Translations under genes and position numbers: made by a program
Origin: Deltaproteobacteria bacterium
GTDB lineage: Bacteria > Desulfobacterota > GWC2-55-46
Reading direction: 5' to 3'
Assembly (NCBI GenBank): GCA_015075075.1
Contig: JABTVA010000002.1
Coordinates: 65,985 to 129,984 of the forward strand
DNA: 64,000 bases
Shown: positions 40,587 to 50,363 of the stretch, one piece after another
Numbering within the stretch: the first letter of the stretch is position 1
Layout of the letters: the number at the start of each line of letters is the position of its first letter
The notes under the pieces: model-generated
What the model was told of the DNA's origin: nothing
Database searches by the model: none
Seen by the model: only the letters and a program-made list of their open reading frames with translations

Positions 40587-42563
40587 ATGTGCGGAATAGC
40601 TGGAATAACCGGAGGGGACCTGGCTGTCTGCCAGGAGGCCTTGAAGTCGATGCTCTCGATGCTCCGCCACCGGGGACCGGACGACTTCGGCCTCTACAAC
40701 GACGGACGCGCGGCCCTGGGGCACACGAGGCTCAGCATAATAGACCTCGCGGGCGGGCGCCAGCCCATGTCCAACGAGGACGGGAGCGTCTGGATAACCT
40801 TCAACGGCGAGATATTCAACTACATAGAACTCAAGGACGAACTGTCAAGAAAGGGGCACCGCTTTTCAACAAACTCCGATACCGAGGTAATTGTCCACCT
40901 CTATGAGGAACTCGGAGACGGGTGCGTTACGCGCCTTAACGGCCAGTTCGCCTTCGCGATATGGGACAAAAACCGCTCCGAGCTTTTTATCGCGCGCGAC
41001 AGGCTCGGGATACGGCCACTTTTTTACTCTTCGCACGCGGGCCGCTTCTATTTCCCCACCGAGATAAAGGCGCTCTTCGCCGGGGGGCCTCTCCCGAGGG
41101 AGATAGACCCGGCCGCGCTTGACGAGATATTCACCCTGTGGTGCAGCGTGCCGCCGAGGACCGCCTTCAAGGGAATAAACGAGCTTCCTCCCGCGCACTG
41201 GATGAAAATAAGGGACGGGGCAGTCTCGTCGGTCAAGCGCTACTGGGACGTGCCGCTCGGCGAAGAGCCCCTCGATATAAGCATCGAAGAGGCGGCGGAC
41301 GGGCTTTTTGATATCCTTTCGGATGCGACGCGCCTGCAGCTGCGGGCCGACGTGCCGGTCGGGGCCTACTTGAGCGGCGGGCTCGACTCCTCCATAACCG
41401 CCGCGCTGATAACTAAGATAACCGGAGCCGGCCCGCATACCTTTTCCGTGGCGTTCGAGGACGGGGCATACGACGAAAGCGGGTTCCAGCACGAGATGGC
41501 CCGCCACCTCGGGACCGAGCACCACGAGGTACGGTGTTCGTACTCCGACATAAGCGGGGTATTCCCGGAGGTCGTCTGGTACGCCGAGAAGCCGGTCCTA
41601 CGGACCGCGCCCGCCCCGCTCTTCATCCTCTCGCGCCTTGTGAGGGAGACCGGGCTCAAGGTGGTCCTTACGGGCGAGGGCGCGGACGAGGCGGCCGGCG
41701 GCTACGATATTTTCAAGGAGGCGAAGATACGGGAGTTCTGGGCGCGCGAGCCGGAATCCAGGCTCCGTCCCCTGCTACTTAAGAAACTTTATCCATACCT
41801 GAGCGCGTTCCAGGGCCAGTCCGACGCGTACAGGGAGGCCTTCTTTAACGGCGGCCTCTCCGACGTCTCAGACCCCCTCTTCTCCCACCGTCCAAGGTGG
41901 CAGACCACTTCAAGGCTCAAGGCCTTTTTCTCGAAGGACCTCCTGGCCGAAAACACTTCCGGCCCGGAGGAGCGGCTTAAGTCGCTTATGCCCCGGGGGT
42001 TCGGAGGCTGGAGGGCGCTCGCCAGGGCGCAGTACATAGAAACGGCGGGTCTCCTGCCGGGCTACATACTCTCTTCCCAGGGCGACAGGGTGCTCATGGG
42101 TAACTCGGTGGAAGGGCGGTACCCTTTCCTCGACCACAGGGTCGTCGAGTACTGCGCCCGCTTGCCGCTTCGGCATAAGATGCGCGGCCTCGACGAAAAG
42201 CACGTGCTCAAGCGGATGGCGCGCGGCATGCTGCCCGCCTCGATCCTCAAAAGGACAAAGCAGCCCTATCTGGCGCCTGACAGCAAGAGCTTTTTTGCCG
42301 GCGGCAAGGCGCCCGATTACGTGGAGGAGCTTCTCTCCGAGGGGTCGCTCAAGGACTACGGCTACTTCGATCCCGGGTCCGTGGGGCTCCTCGTCAAGAA
42401 ATGCCGGAGGGGCGCAGCGAGCGGCTTCAGGGACAACATGGCCCTTGTAGGCATACTCTCAACGCAGCTACTGCATAACATGTTCATAGCCGGGTTCGAG
42501 GGCAGGGCCGCGAGAGGGCGCGATGCGGCGGGCCTCCGGGCGCCGGCTACCGCGGCTTCATAA
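40587..42563 (+). CDS. asparagine synthetase (glutamine-hydrolysing)-family amidotransferase, exosortase-A-locus type
   Basis: N-terminal MCGIAG Ntn glutaminase domain and a PP-loop SGGLDSS. Confidence 0.85.
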   Translation: MCGIAGITGGDLAVCQEALKSMLSMLRHRGPDDFGLYNDGRAALGHTRLSIIDLAGGRQPMSNEDGSVWITFNGEIFNYIELKDELSRKGHRFSTNSDTEVIVHLYEELGDGCVTRLNGQFAFAIWDKNRSELFIARDRLGIRPLFYSSHAGRFYFPTEIKALFAGGPLPREIDPAALDEIFTLWCSVPPRTAFKGINELPPAHWMKIRDGAVSSVKRYWDVPLGEEPLDISIEEAADGLFDILSDATRLQLRADVPVGAYLSGGLDSSITAALITKITGAGPHTFSVAFEDGAYDESGFQHEMARHLGTEHHEVRCSYSDISGVFPEVVWYAEKPVLRTAPAPLFILSRLVRETGLKVVLTGEGADEAAGGYDIFKEAKIREFWAREPESRLRPLLLKKLYPYLSAFQGQSDAYREAFFNGGLSDVSDPLFSHRPRWQTTSRLKAFFSKDLLAENTSGPEERLKSLMPRGFGGWRALARAQYIETAGLLPGYILSSQGDRVLMGNSVEGRYPFLDHRVVEYCARLPLRHKMRGLDEKHVLKRMARGMLPASILKRTKQPYLAPDSKSFFAGGKAPDYVEELLSEGSLKDYGYFDPGSVGLLVKKCRRGAASGFRDNMALVGILSTQLLHNMFIAGFEGRAARGRDAAGLRAPATAAS

Positions 42564-42588
42564 GCAATTTCAAGGAGGGATTCAGCAA

Positions 42589-42849
42589 ATGCATGATAAG
42601 ATAAGAGAGTTCATCTTCGAGAACTTCCTTTTCAATGCCGAGGGGAGCGCGCTCGACAACGACGCCTCGTTCCTCGAGACCGGCATAATAGACTCGACCG
42701 GCATGCTCGAGCTCGTGAACTGGATACAGGAGACCTACGGCTTCGAGGTCGACGATACCGAGCTCGTCCCGGAGAACCTCGACAGCGTAAACCGGCTCGC
42801 CATATACATAGACAGGAAGACGCAGGCAGCGACCCGGGTATCCGGATAA
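42589..42849 (+). CDS. acyl carrier protein
   Basis: AGGAGG RBS. Phosphopantetheine attachment motif GIIDSTGMLELV. Confidence 0.75.
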   Translation: MHDKIREFIFENFLFNAEGSALDNDASFLETGIIDSTGMLELVNWIQETYGFEVDDTELVPENLDSVNRLAIYIDRKTQAATRVSG

Positions 42850-42945
42850 GCCCTTAGAGGATATGCCTCCACTCGCCGGCAGGAAGACGGGTGAAGGGTC
42901 GCTCCTCCAGCTGGGAGCCAGGTAAAACCAAACTGACTTTATAGA

Positions 42946-44523
42946 ATGCTCGTACACGACTATCTCATACGCTCGGCCGAACGCTTCCCCGAGAAGACCG
43001 CCCTGGTCCACGGCGGCAGGCGGACCTCGTACTCCGAGCTCCTTTCGCTGGCCTCGTCCGTCTCATCATGGCTGAGGCACGCGGGCGTGGAAAAGGGCGA
43101 CCGGGTCGCGATACTGAACGACGACCCGAGGGAATACATAAGCTCCTATTTCGGCATACTCATGGCCGGCGGGATAGTCGTCGCGCTTAATACCGACACT
43201 TCGGCCAGGACCCTCGGCGCGCAGATAAGCGGGTGCGGCGTTTCCGCAGCCATAACCCAGGCGAAGTTCATGGGCTACTTGAGGGACCTCGGAAAGGGAG
43301 TCACTTCGCTTAAGTCGGTCGCGGCATCCGGGCTCAAGCCCTCGGACGCCGGGGACGAGGGATATGCCCTCTCTGACCTCAAGGACGCCTTCGTATTTCC
43401 GCCCGGCACCCCGGCCCGATCAGCGCGAGCGGACCTCGCGCAGGTCATCTATACGTCCGGCACGACCGGCGGCTCGAGCGCGGTGACGCTCAGGCATTCC
43501 AACCTCGCGGCCAACACGGCTTCGATAATCGAGTACCTAAAGCTCGGAGAGGGCGACAGCGTAATGGCGGTGCTGCCTTTTTTCTATTCCTACGGCAACT
43601 CGGTCATGCTTACCCATATCGCGGCGGGCGGCAGGCTCGTCGTAAACCAGAATTTCCTGTATCCGAACCTCATACTCGACCAGATGGCCGCCGAGGAGGT
43701 GACGGGCTTCTCCGGCGTGCCTTCGACCTATGCGATACTCCTCAACCGCTCCGCCCTCAGGCGCTACAAGTTCCCGGCCTTGAGGTACATGACACAGGCT
43801 GGCGGGGCAATGCCGCCCAGGCTCGCGCGCGAGATGAAGTCCGTATTCCCGGATGTGGACTTCTACGTAATGTACGGCCAGACAGAGGCCTCGGCCAGGC
43901 TCTCCTATCTTGAGCCCCATGAGCTCCTTAGGAAGGCGGGCTCGGTCGGGAAGGCCATACCCGGCGTCCTGCTTGAGGTGCTCGACGAAGGCGGCGGGCC
44001 GGTCGGGCCGGGCGAGACCGGCGAAATAGTCGCGAGCGGCGAGAACATCATGGCCGGGTACTGGAGAGAGCCCGAGAAGACCGCGAGGGTGCTTAAAAAC
44101 GGGAAACTCTGGACGGGCGACCTCGCCAGGGTCGACGAGGAGGGGTTCATCTACATAGTCAGCCGGAAAAGCGATATCATTAAATGCGGCTCCCACAGGA
44201 TCCACCCGGCTGAAATAGAGGAGGTTCTGGCCGAGCATGCCGCCGTCCACGAGTCCGCTGTAATAGGCGTGGAGGACGAGATACTCGGCGAGGCGCTGAA
44301 GGCCCTTGTAGTATTGAAGACCGGATACCAGTGCTCCCGGAACGAGCTCCTGCAGCACTTGAAGGCGCTGCTTCCGTCGTACAAGGTCCCGCAGCACATC
44401 GATTTCATCCCGGAGCTCCCGAAGACATCGAGCGGCAAGATAAAACGAGCGCTTCTAAAGACCCCTTCCGCGCCGGGGTCGCCTGGGTCAATCGGCCAGC
44501 GAAGCCAAAAGGAGGCCGGATGA
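42946..44523 (+). CDS. acyl-CoA ligase (AMP-forming), exosortase-A-locus type
   Basis: AMP-binding motifs YTSGTTGGSS and GYWREPEKTA plus the adenylation core. Confidence 0.85.
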   Translation: MLVHDYLIRSAERFPEKTALVHGGRRTSYSELLSLASSVSSWLRHAGVEKGDRVAILNDDPREYISSYFGILMAGGIVVALNTDTSARTLGAQISGCGVSAAITQAKFMGYLRDLGKGVTSLKSVAASGLKPSDAGDEGYALSDLKDAFVFPPGTPARSARADLAQVIYTSGTTGGSSAVTLRHSNLAANTASIIEYLKLGEGDSVMAVLPFFYSYGNSVMLTHIAAGGRLVVNQNFLYPNLILDQMAAEEVTGFSGVPSTYAILLNRSALRRYKFPALRYMTQAGGAMPPRLAREMKSVFPDVDFYVMYGQTEASARLSYLEPHELLRKAGSVGKAIPGVLLEVLDEGGGPVGPGETGEIVASGENIMAGYWREPEKTARVLKNGKLWTGDLARVDEEGFIYIVSRKSDIIKCGSHRIHPAEIEEVLAEHAAVHESAVIGVEDEILGEALKALVVLKTGYQCSRNELLQHLKALLPSYKVPQHIDFIPELPKTSSGKIKRALLKTPSAPGSPGSIGQRSQKEAG

Positions 44524-45515
44524 CACTCTGCGGGAATTGCGTGCTCCCTTCTACCTTCCCGGGCATAAGCTTCGACGACTCGGGCGTCTGCTGCTTCTGC
44601 CGGAACCACAAGCCGGAAAGCGCAGGCGAAAGCGCCATGAGGAAGTTCGAAGAGAAGTTCCTCAAGCTCGCGGCCGAGAACGGCGGCAAGGGCAACTACG
44701 ACGTGCTCATGGCCTACAGCGGCGGCAAGGACAGCACCTATACAATGGACCTCTTCGTGAGGAAATACGGCTTGAGGGTGCTCGCCTTCACCTTCGACAA
44801 CACATTCGTATCGGAGAAGGCGTTCTCGAACATGAGAAAGGTATGCGAAAGCCTCGGTGCCGACCACATCGTGTACAGGCCGGACCCGAAGATGCTCCGC
44901 GCGATCTTCAGCGCCGCTTCGGAGCGGGAGCTCTACCCGGCCAAGACCCTTGAGCGCGCGAGCACCATCTGCACGAGCTGCATAGGCCTCGTTAAGGCCC
45001 TGATACTCAGGACCGCAATCGAGCGCGGGATAGCCGTCGTCGGCTTCGGCTGGTCCCCCGGGCAGGCGCCCATACAGTCCTCTGTCATGAGGACGAACCC
45101 GTCGCTTATGCGACTTACGCAGAAGGCCATACACGAGCCCCTGAGGTCCATAGCAGGCGACCGGGTCGACCCTTTCTTCCTTGCCGAGGAGCACTACGGA
45201 ATGCCCGAGCGGTTCCCGTGGAACGTGCACCCCCTCGCCTTCAACCACTATGACGAGGACATGATAATAGAGAGGAACTCTGAGCTGGGCTGGGAGAAGC
45301 CCGACGACACGGACGCAAACTCCACGAACTGCCTCCTTAACGCGTACGCGAACCAGCTCCACAAGGAACGGTACGGGTTCCACCCGTATGTCTGGGAAAT
45401 AGCGAACATGGTGCGTTCCGGCGCGATGACGCGCGAAAAGGGCCTTGAAAAGATTGACGCGATGGAAGACCCCCGGATGGTCGAACGCGCCCGCAAGGAA
45501 TTAGGCCGGGTATAA
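44520..45515 (+). CDS. N-acetyl sugar amidotransferase (WbuX-like PP-loop ATPase) with N-terminal zinc ribbon
   Basis: Start overlaps the upstream stop (ATGA). CGNC...CCFC ribbon and PP-loop SGGKDS. The ORF-track start at 44331 is an upstream extension. Confidence 0.7.
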   Translation: MTLCGNCVLPSTFPGISFDDSGVCCFCRNHKPESAGESAMRKFEEKFLKLAAENGGKGNYDVLMAYSGGKDSTYTMDLFVRKYGLRVLAFTFDNTFVSEKAFSNMRKVCESLGADHIVYRPDPKMLRAIFSAASERELYPAKTLERASTICTSCIGLVKALILRTAIERGIAVVGFGWSPGQAPIQSSVMRTNPSLMRLTQKAIHEPLRSIAGDRVDPFFLAEEHYGMPERFPWNVHPLAFNHYDEDMIIERNSELGWEKPDDTDANSTNCLLNAYANQLHKERYGFHPYVWEIANMVRSGAMTREKGLEKIDAMEDPRMVERARKELGRV

Positions 45516-45606
45516 CCAAGCTTTTTGCTTCCCGGCGTGAAGTTGCCCGCCTGCGCCCGCAGTAGCTTACTGCAGCAGCAACCGCCCCCCCCCTGATATA
45601 ACCGTT

Positions 45607-47166
45607 ATGACCGTTATGACCATTGACAGATTCCTCCATGATAGCGCCCGGACGCACCCGGACAGGGAGGCCCTCGTGACAAAGGAGGGCCGCTTCACCT
45701 ACGGACGTCTCGGCGCGATGGCAGCCGCCTTCTCTTCAGCCCTGGTCTCCGGGGGCCTTAAGAAGGGCGACCGCGTATGCATCCTCCTGGAAAACTCGGC
45801 GGAGCTCGTGGCGGCGGTTTTCGGGGTGCTCAGGGCAGGAGGGGCTTTCGTGCTCCTTAATCCCACGACCAAGGCGCGCAAATGCGGGTACATTTTTAAC
45901 GACTGCCGGGCCTCCGCGCTTGTGACTACCTATGAAAAGGCCCAGCTCATAGCTGAAGCCGCGGCATCGGCGCCCTCGCTCAAAAGCATATGGCTTTCCG
46001 GGCAGGCAACAGAGCTGCCTTCCTCCATATCGGGAATAAGCGCGAGCCTACGCGAGGCGTTCATGCCCATGAGCGCCCCGGGGCCGTCGAGCGGGCCCGA
46101 GGCAACGGACCTCGCTTCCATCATATACACCTCGGGTTCGACCGGCGCGCCCAAAGGGGTCACAATGGCCCATTCGAACATGGCTGCCGCAGCGGACTCA
46201 ATCATCAGCTACCTCGGCATTACCCGTGACGACGTCATCCTCAACACCCTGCCCATGTCCTTCGATTACGGCCTTTACCAGGTCCTCATGGGCTTCAGGG
46301 CCGGGGCCAGGGTCGTCCTCGAGAAGTTCCTTTACTCCTGGGACATACTGAAGACCATAGAAAAGGAGCGGGTTACCGGGTTCCCGGTCGTGCCGACCAT
46401 ATCCTCCATACTCCTAAAGACCGAGGACTTCAAGGGCTTGAGCTTTGACGGGCTGAGATACATCACCAACACCGGAGCGGCCCTCCCTGTCCAGCACATA
46501 AAAAGGCTTCGCGAGATATTCCCGAAGACGAAGATATTCTCGATGTACGGCCTTACGGAATGCAAGAGGGTGTCTTATCTTCCGCCTGAAGAGCTCGACA
46601 GGCGCCCGACGTCCGTCGGGAAGCCGATGCCGAACACCGAGGCATACGTGGTCGATTCCGACGGGAAGCGGGTGGGACCCGGAGTAACCGGCGAGCTCGT
46701 GGTAAAGGGGCCCAACGTGATGGCAGGGTACTGGGGTTTGCCCGAGGAGACGGCGAAAGCGCTCCGGCCCGACGCCGGCGGCGAAACGGTCCTTTATACA
46801 GGCGACCTTTTCAGGACCGACGAGGACGGCTTTCTCTATTTCGTGGGCCGGAAGGACGAGATCCTGAAATGCCGGGGCGAGAAGGTGAGCCCCAGGGAGG
46901 TGGAAGAGGTCATCCACGGGCATGAAGGGGTGGCCCAGGCCGCGGTCGCGGGGGTCCCTGACGCGGTCCTCGGGACTGCGCTCAAGGCCTTCGTGGTCCC
47001 CAAAAAGGGCTTCGAGCTTACGCAGAGGGAGCTCATGCAGCACTGTTCAAGGCACCTCGAGGACTTTATGGTCCCGAAGTACATCGTATTCATGGAGGAC
47101 CTGCCTAAAAACGAAAACGGGAAGGTGGACAGGCCGCTCCTTGCCGAAGGCGGGGCCGCAAGGTGA
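45607..47166 (+). CDS. second acyl-CoA ligase (AMP-forming) paralog
   Basis: Motifs YTSGSTGAPKG and GYWGLPEETAKAL. A 9-bp tandem duplication (ACCGTTATG x2) spans the start codon. Confidence 0.85.
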   Translation: MTVMTIDRFLHDSARTHPDREALVTKEGRFTYGRLGAMAAAFSSALVSGGLKKGDRVCILLENSAELVAAVFGVLRAGGAFVLLNPTTKARKCGYIFNDCRASALVTTYEKAQLIAEAAASAPSLKSIWLSGQATELPSSISGISASLREAFMPMSAPGPSSGPEATDLASIIYTSGSTGAPKGVTMAHSNMAAAADSIISYLGITRDDVILNTLPMSFDYGLYQVLMGFRAGARVVLEKFLYSWDILKTIEKERVTGFPVVPTISSILLKTEDFKGLSFDGLRYITNTGAALPVQHIKRLREIFPKTKIFSMYGLTECKRVSYLPPEELDRRPTSVGKPMPNTEAYVVDSDGKRVGPGVTGELVVKGPNVMAGYWGLPEETAKALRPDAGGETVLYTGDLFRTDEDGFLYFVGRKDEILKCRGEKVSPREVEEVIHGHEGVAQAAVAGVPDAVLGTALKAFVVPKKGFELTQRELMQHCSRHLEDFMVPKYIVFMEDLPKNENGKVDRPLLAEGGAAR

Positions 47167-48002
47167 ATATCCGGAACGCATTGACGATCGACGTCGAGGA
47201 CTACTACATGGTGACCGGCTTCGCCGGCAGGGTCAGGTTCGAGGACTGGCCGAAGTTCGAAAGCAGGGTGGCCATGAGCACGAGAAGGGTCCTCGCCCTC
47301 CTCTCCGAATACGGGGTCAAGGCCACCTTCTTCGTCCTCGGCTGGGTGGCTGAAAACGACCCGCGCCTCGTAAGGGAGATACATTCCGAGGGGCACGAGG
47401 TGGCCTGCCACGGCTACAACCACCGCCTTATATATGACACGACCCCTGACGAGTTCAGGGAGGACATCAGGAAATCGAAGCGCATCCTCGAGGACATCTC
47501 AGGGGGGGCGGTTTCAGGATACAGGGCCGCCAGCTACTCGGTCACAAGGAAAACGCTATGGGCCCTCGACATACTGATGGAGGAGGGCTTCCTTTACGAC
47601 TCGAGCATATTCCCCATACACCACGACAGGTACGGCATACCGGACGCCTGCCGGTTCCCCTACGAGATAAAAAGGAACGGCGGCACACTGATGGAGTTCC
47701 CGCCGTCCACGCTCCGCCTCCTTGGCCAGAACCTTCCGATCGCGGGAGGCGGCTACCTCAGGCTTCTACCCTCATGGCTTACAAGGGCGGCAGCGAAAAG
47801 GATAAACTCCAAAGAGCGGAAACCGGTAATCTTCTACATACACCCCTGGGAGGTCGACGAGGGGCAGCCGAGGCTCGAGGTCGGCTCTCTTTCCGCGTTC
47901 AGGCATTACACGAACATAAAGAGCACGTCAGCCAAGCTCGAAGGGCTCATGAGGGAGTTCCGCTTCAGGCCCCTATCAGCGTTCCTGGATGGAAATGCAT
48001 AG
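47163..48002 (+). CDS. polysaccharide deacetylase family protein (XrtA/PEP-CTERM locus subtype, DUF3473)
   Basis: LTIDVEDYY...FFVLGWVAE...HGYNH NodB-type motifs. Confidence 0.8.
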   Translation: MNIRNALTIDVEDYYMVTGFAGRVRFEDWPKFESRVAMSTRRVLALLSEYGVKATFFVLGWVAENDPRLVREIHSEGHEVACHGYNHRLIYDTTPDEFREDIRKSKRILEDISGGAVSGYRAASYSVTRKTLWALDILMEEGFLYDSSIFPIHHDRYGIPDACRFPYEIKRNGGTLMEFPPSTLRLLGQNLPIAGGGYLRLLPSWLTRAAAKRINSKERKPVIFYIHPWEVDEGQPRLEVGSLSAFRHYTNIKSTSAKLEGLMREFRFRPLSAFLDGNA

Positions 48003-49524
48003 CGAAAGGAGTATCCTCCCCTCGCCCTTCCAGCTCAAGCTGGGCGCGCTCATCGTCCTTTTCGCGCTCGCGTACAGCGGAGCGATCTCGCACATGGTGC
48101 GGACATGGAGCACGAGCAACACCTACTCCCACGGCTTCCTTGTCCCCCTGATAAGCATTTATTTCATATGGATGAAAAGGGGCGCCCTGAGCTCGCTTTC
48201 CTCAAAGCCGAGCCTCGCGGCCGGTCCTGTCGCGGTTGCGGCGACATCAATGCTCCTGGCCGCCGGACACGTGAGCAGCCTTGTGATCGTCCAGCAGATT
48301 TCCCTTGTGCTGGCCCTTCCGGCCCTTGTACTCATGCTCATGGGCTGGGGCTTTTTGCGGGCCCTGGCGCTGCCTCTATCGTATCTCCTCCTCATGGTCC
48401 CGGCGCTCGACATCCTTATCGAGCGCATCCAGTTCCCTTTCCAGCTCATTACGGCGAAGATGGCGGCCGGGTTTCTGCAGCTCTTCAATGTTCCCGTTTT
48501 TCTCAACAGGCAGTTCATCGAGATGCCGAATATAACCATCGAGGTCGCCAGGGCCTGCAGCGGCGTTCAGTACCTCGTCGCCATAATAGCGCTTGCGATA
48601 CCGCTCGCCTACCTGAACCATACCGGCCGCACGAGGCTCGTCATACTCGCCCTGGCCGTCGCGATAGGGGTCGTGACAAACTGGCTCCGGGTCATATTCA
48701 TAGCGCTCTGGAGCTACGCGGGAGGCGAGGTCCTGCACGGCCCCATGCACGTATTCCAGGGGCTCTTCGTGGCAGTAGCCGGGTTTTTCATACTCTTCAT
48801 CATCTCCATGGTCCTGACCAGGTCCGAAAGACGGTCCGGCAAATCCGGCCCTGAGGCGAAGACGGCCTCGTCATACGGGGCCTTTTCCATGTCGAATGCC
48901 GCTTTCGCAGCCGGAGCGCTTCTATTAGCGGCGACTGCGGCGTACATACACCTCCACAAGACGGAGCCCGTCCCCCTTGCCGAGCCGCTAAGGAGGCTTC
49001 CCCTGCAGATAGCCGAATGGAAGGGCGCGGACAGGGCTTCGCGCGGCGAGCTCCCTTTCCTCATGAAGGGCGCGGACTCCGAGCTCTACAGGACGTACAC
49101 TGGCCCGTCGGGCAGGGAGGTCCGGGTCTATGTGGCATATTTCACGGCGCAGACCCAGGGACGGGAGCTGGTCCGGCACGAGCACGCGGCCATGTTCGGC
49201 TCGGAACGGACAATCGAGCTCCCGTACGGCGAAGGGTCCGTCATGGCCAACCTGGCCGCGTACTCAGGCCCCAGGGACTACCGGATACTCTACTGGTACA
49301 GCATAAACGGAAGGCACGTAACCGGGAGGGTCAAAGCCAAGCTCATGACCCTCGTGGACGGGGTCTTTCGGAAGCGGACCAACGGAGCTGTGGTAATGAT
49401 ATTCTGGGACGCCACGGACGAAGTCGAAGCTGGGCTTGACCTTGAGCGGGCTGGCTTTATAGAGGCCCTGCTCCCGGCCATAGAATCAAGGATCAGCAAA
49501 TTCGAAACAGAGGAGATCGCATGA
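47989..49524 (+). CDS. xrtA: exosortase A (XrtA) fused to EpsI-family domain
   Basis: 511 aa. N-terminal eight-TM exosortase region (active-site region ...ITIEVARACSGVQYL...) and a C-terminal periplasmic EpsI-like domain of about 200 aa. Confidence 0.8.
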   Translation: MEMHSERSILPSPFQLKLGALIVLFALAYSGAISHMVRTWSTSNTYSHGFLVPLISIYFIWMKRGALSSLSSKPSLAAGPVAVAATSMLLAAGHVSSLVIVQQISLVLALPALVLMLMGWGFLRALALPLSYLLLMVPALDILIERIQFPFQLITAKMAAGFLQLFNVPVFLNRQFIEMPNITIEVARACSGVQYLVAIIALAIPLAYLNHTGRTRLVILALAVAIGVVTNWLRVIFIALWSYAGGEVLHGPMHVFQGLFVAVAGFFILFIISMVLTRSERRSGKSGPEAKTASSYGAFSMSNAAFAAGALLLAATAAYIHLHKTEPVPLAEPLRRLPLQIAEWKGADRASRGELPFLMKGADSELYRTYTGPSGREVRVYVAYFTAQTQGRELVRHEHAAMFGSERTIELPYGEGSVMANLAAYSGPRDYRILYWYSINGRHVTGRVKAKLMTLVDGVFRKRTNGAVVMIFWDATDEVEAGLDLERAGFIEALLPAIESRISKFETEEIA

Positions 49525-50360
49525 AGAAAATAATCCTGGCAACGGCGCTCTCCCTCATGGCCGTCTTTGCCGTCTCACACGGAGGATATGTAATGGCTGA
49601 AGGAGCCAAGACCGGAAACATAGATGCAGTCACTGAGAAAGGCTGGTCGAGCCTTGCAAGGAGCAGGATATACTTCGGGCACCAGTCCGTGGGGAACAAC
49701 ATCCTGGACGGTATATCCGACGTCATGAAGGAGCGCCCTTCAGTAAGGCTCACGGTCTCCCAGACGAGCGACCCGCGCGCCTTCGCGGGCCCGGTCTTCG
49801 CGCACTCTGGTATCGGGAAGAACCAGGACCCGCTCTCAAAGAACCTGGAGTTCGCCAGGTTCGTCGAGGCAGGCATAGGCGGGAAGGCCGATTTCGCATT
49901 CTTCAAATACTGCTATATCGACATAAATTCGGGCACGGACGCGAAAACGCTCTTCAACGAGTACAGGAAAACGCTCGCGTCGCTCAAGGCGAAATATCCG
50001 GAGACAACGTTTGTCCACGTCACGGTCCCCCTGACCGTCGTCCAGACGGGATGGAAGGTCGCGGTCAAGAAAGTAATCGGGCGGCCCATAGGCGGATACG
50101 CGGACAATATCAGGCGTAATGAATTCAACGAGCTTCTCTTGAAGGAATACTCCGGGAAAGAGCCTGTATTCGACCTTGCGGCCGTTGAATCCTTTGCCCG
50201 GGGCGGCGAAAAGACAGGCTTCACCGCGAATGGGCGGCAATACCTTTCCATGAAGCCGGAATACGCCAGCGACGGCAGGCACCTGAACGAAAGGGGGAGG
50301 AAGATTGTGGCAGAAGAGCTGCTCGCGTTCCTCGCGAACCTTGCCGCCGGAAAGAAATAA
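49521..50360 (+). CDS. secreted SGNH/GDSL-like hydrolase-fold protein (possible polysaccharide O-acyl esterase/transferase)
   Basis: Signal peptide. Blocks FGHQSVGN (GxS), GTDA and DGRHLN (DxxH) resemble the SGNH catalytic blocks. Weak. Confidence 0.4.
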   Translation: MKKIILATALSLMAVFAVSHGGYVMAEGAKTGNIDAVTEKGWSSLARSRIYFGHQSVGNNILDGISDVMKERPSVRLTVSQTSDPRAFAGPVFAHSGIGKNQDPLSKNLEFARFVEAGIGGKADFAFFKYCYIDINSGTDAKTLFNEYRKTLASLKAKYPETTFVHVTVPLTVVQTGWKVAVKKVIGRPIGGYADNIRRNEFNELLLKEYSGKEPVFDLAAVESFARGGEKTGFTANGRQYLSMKPEYASDGRHLNERGRKIVAEELLAFLANLAAGKK

Positions 50361-50363
50361 GGA

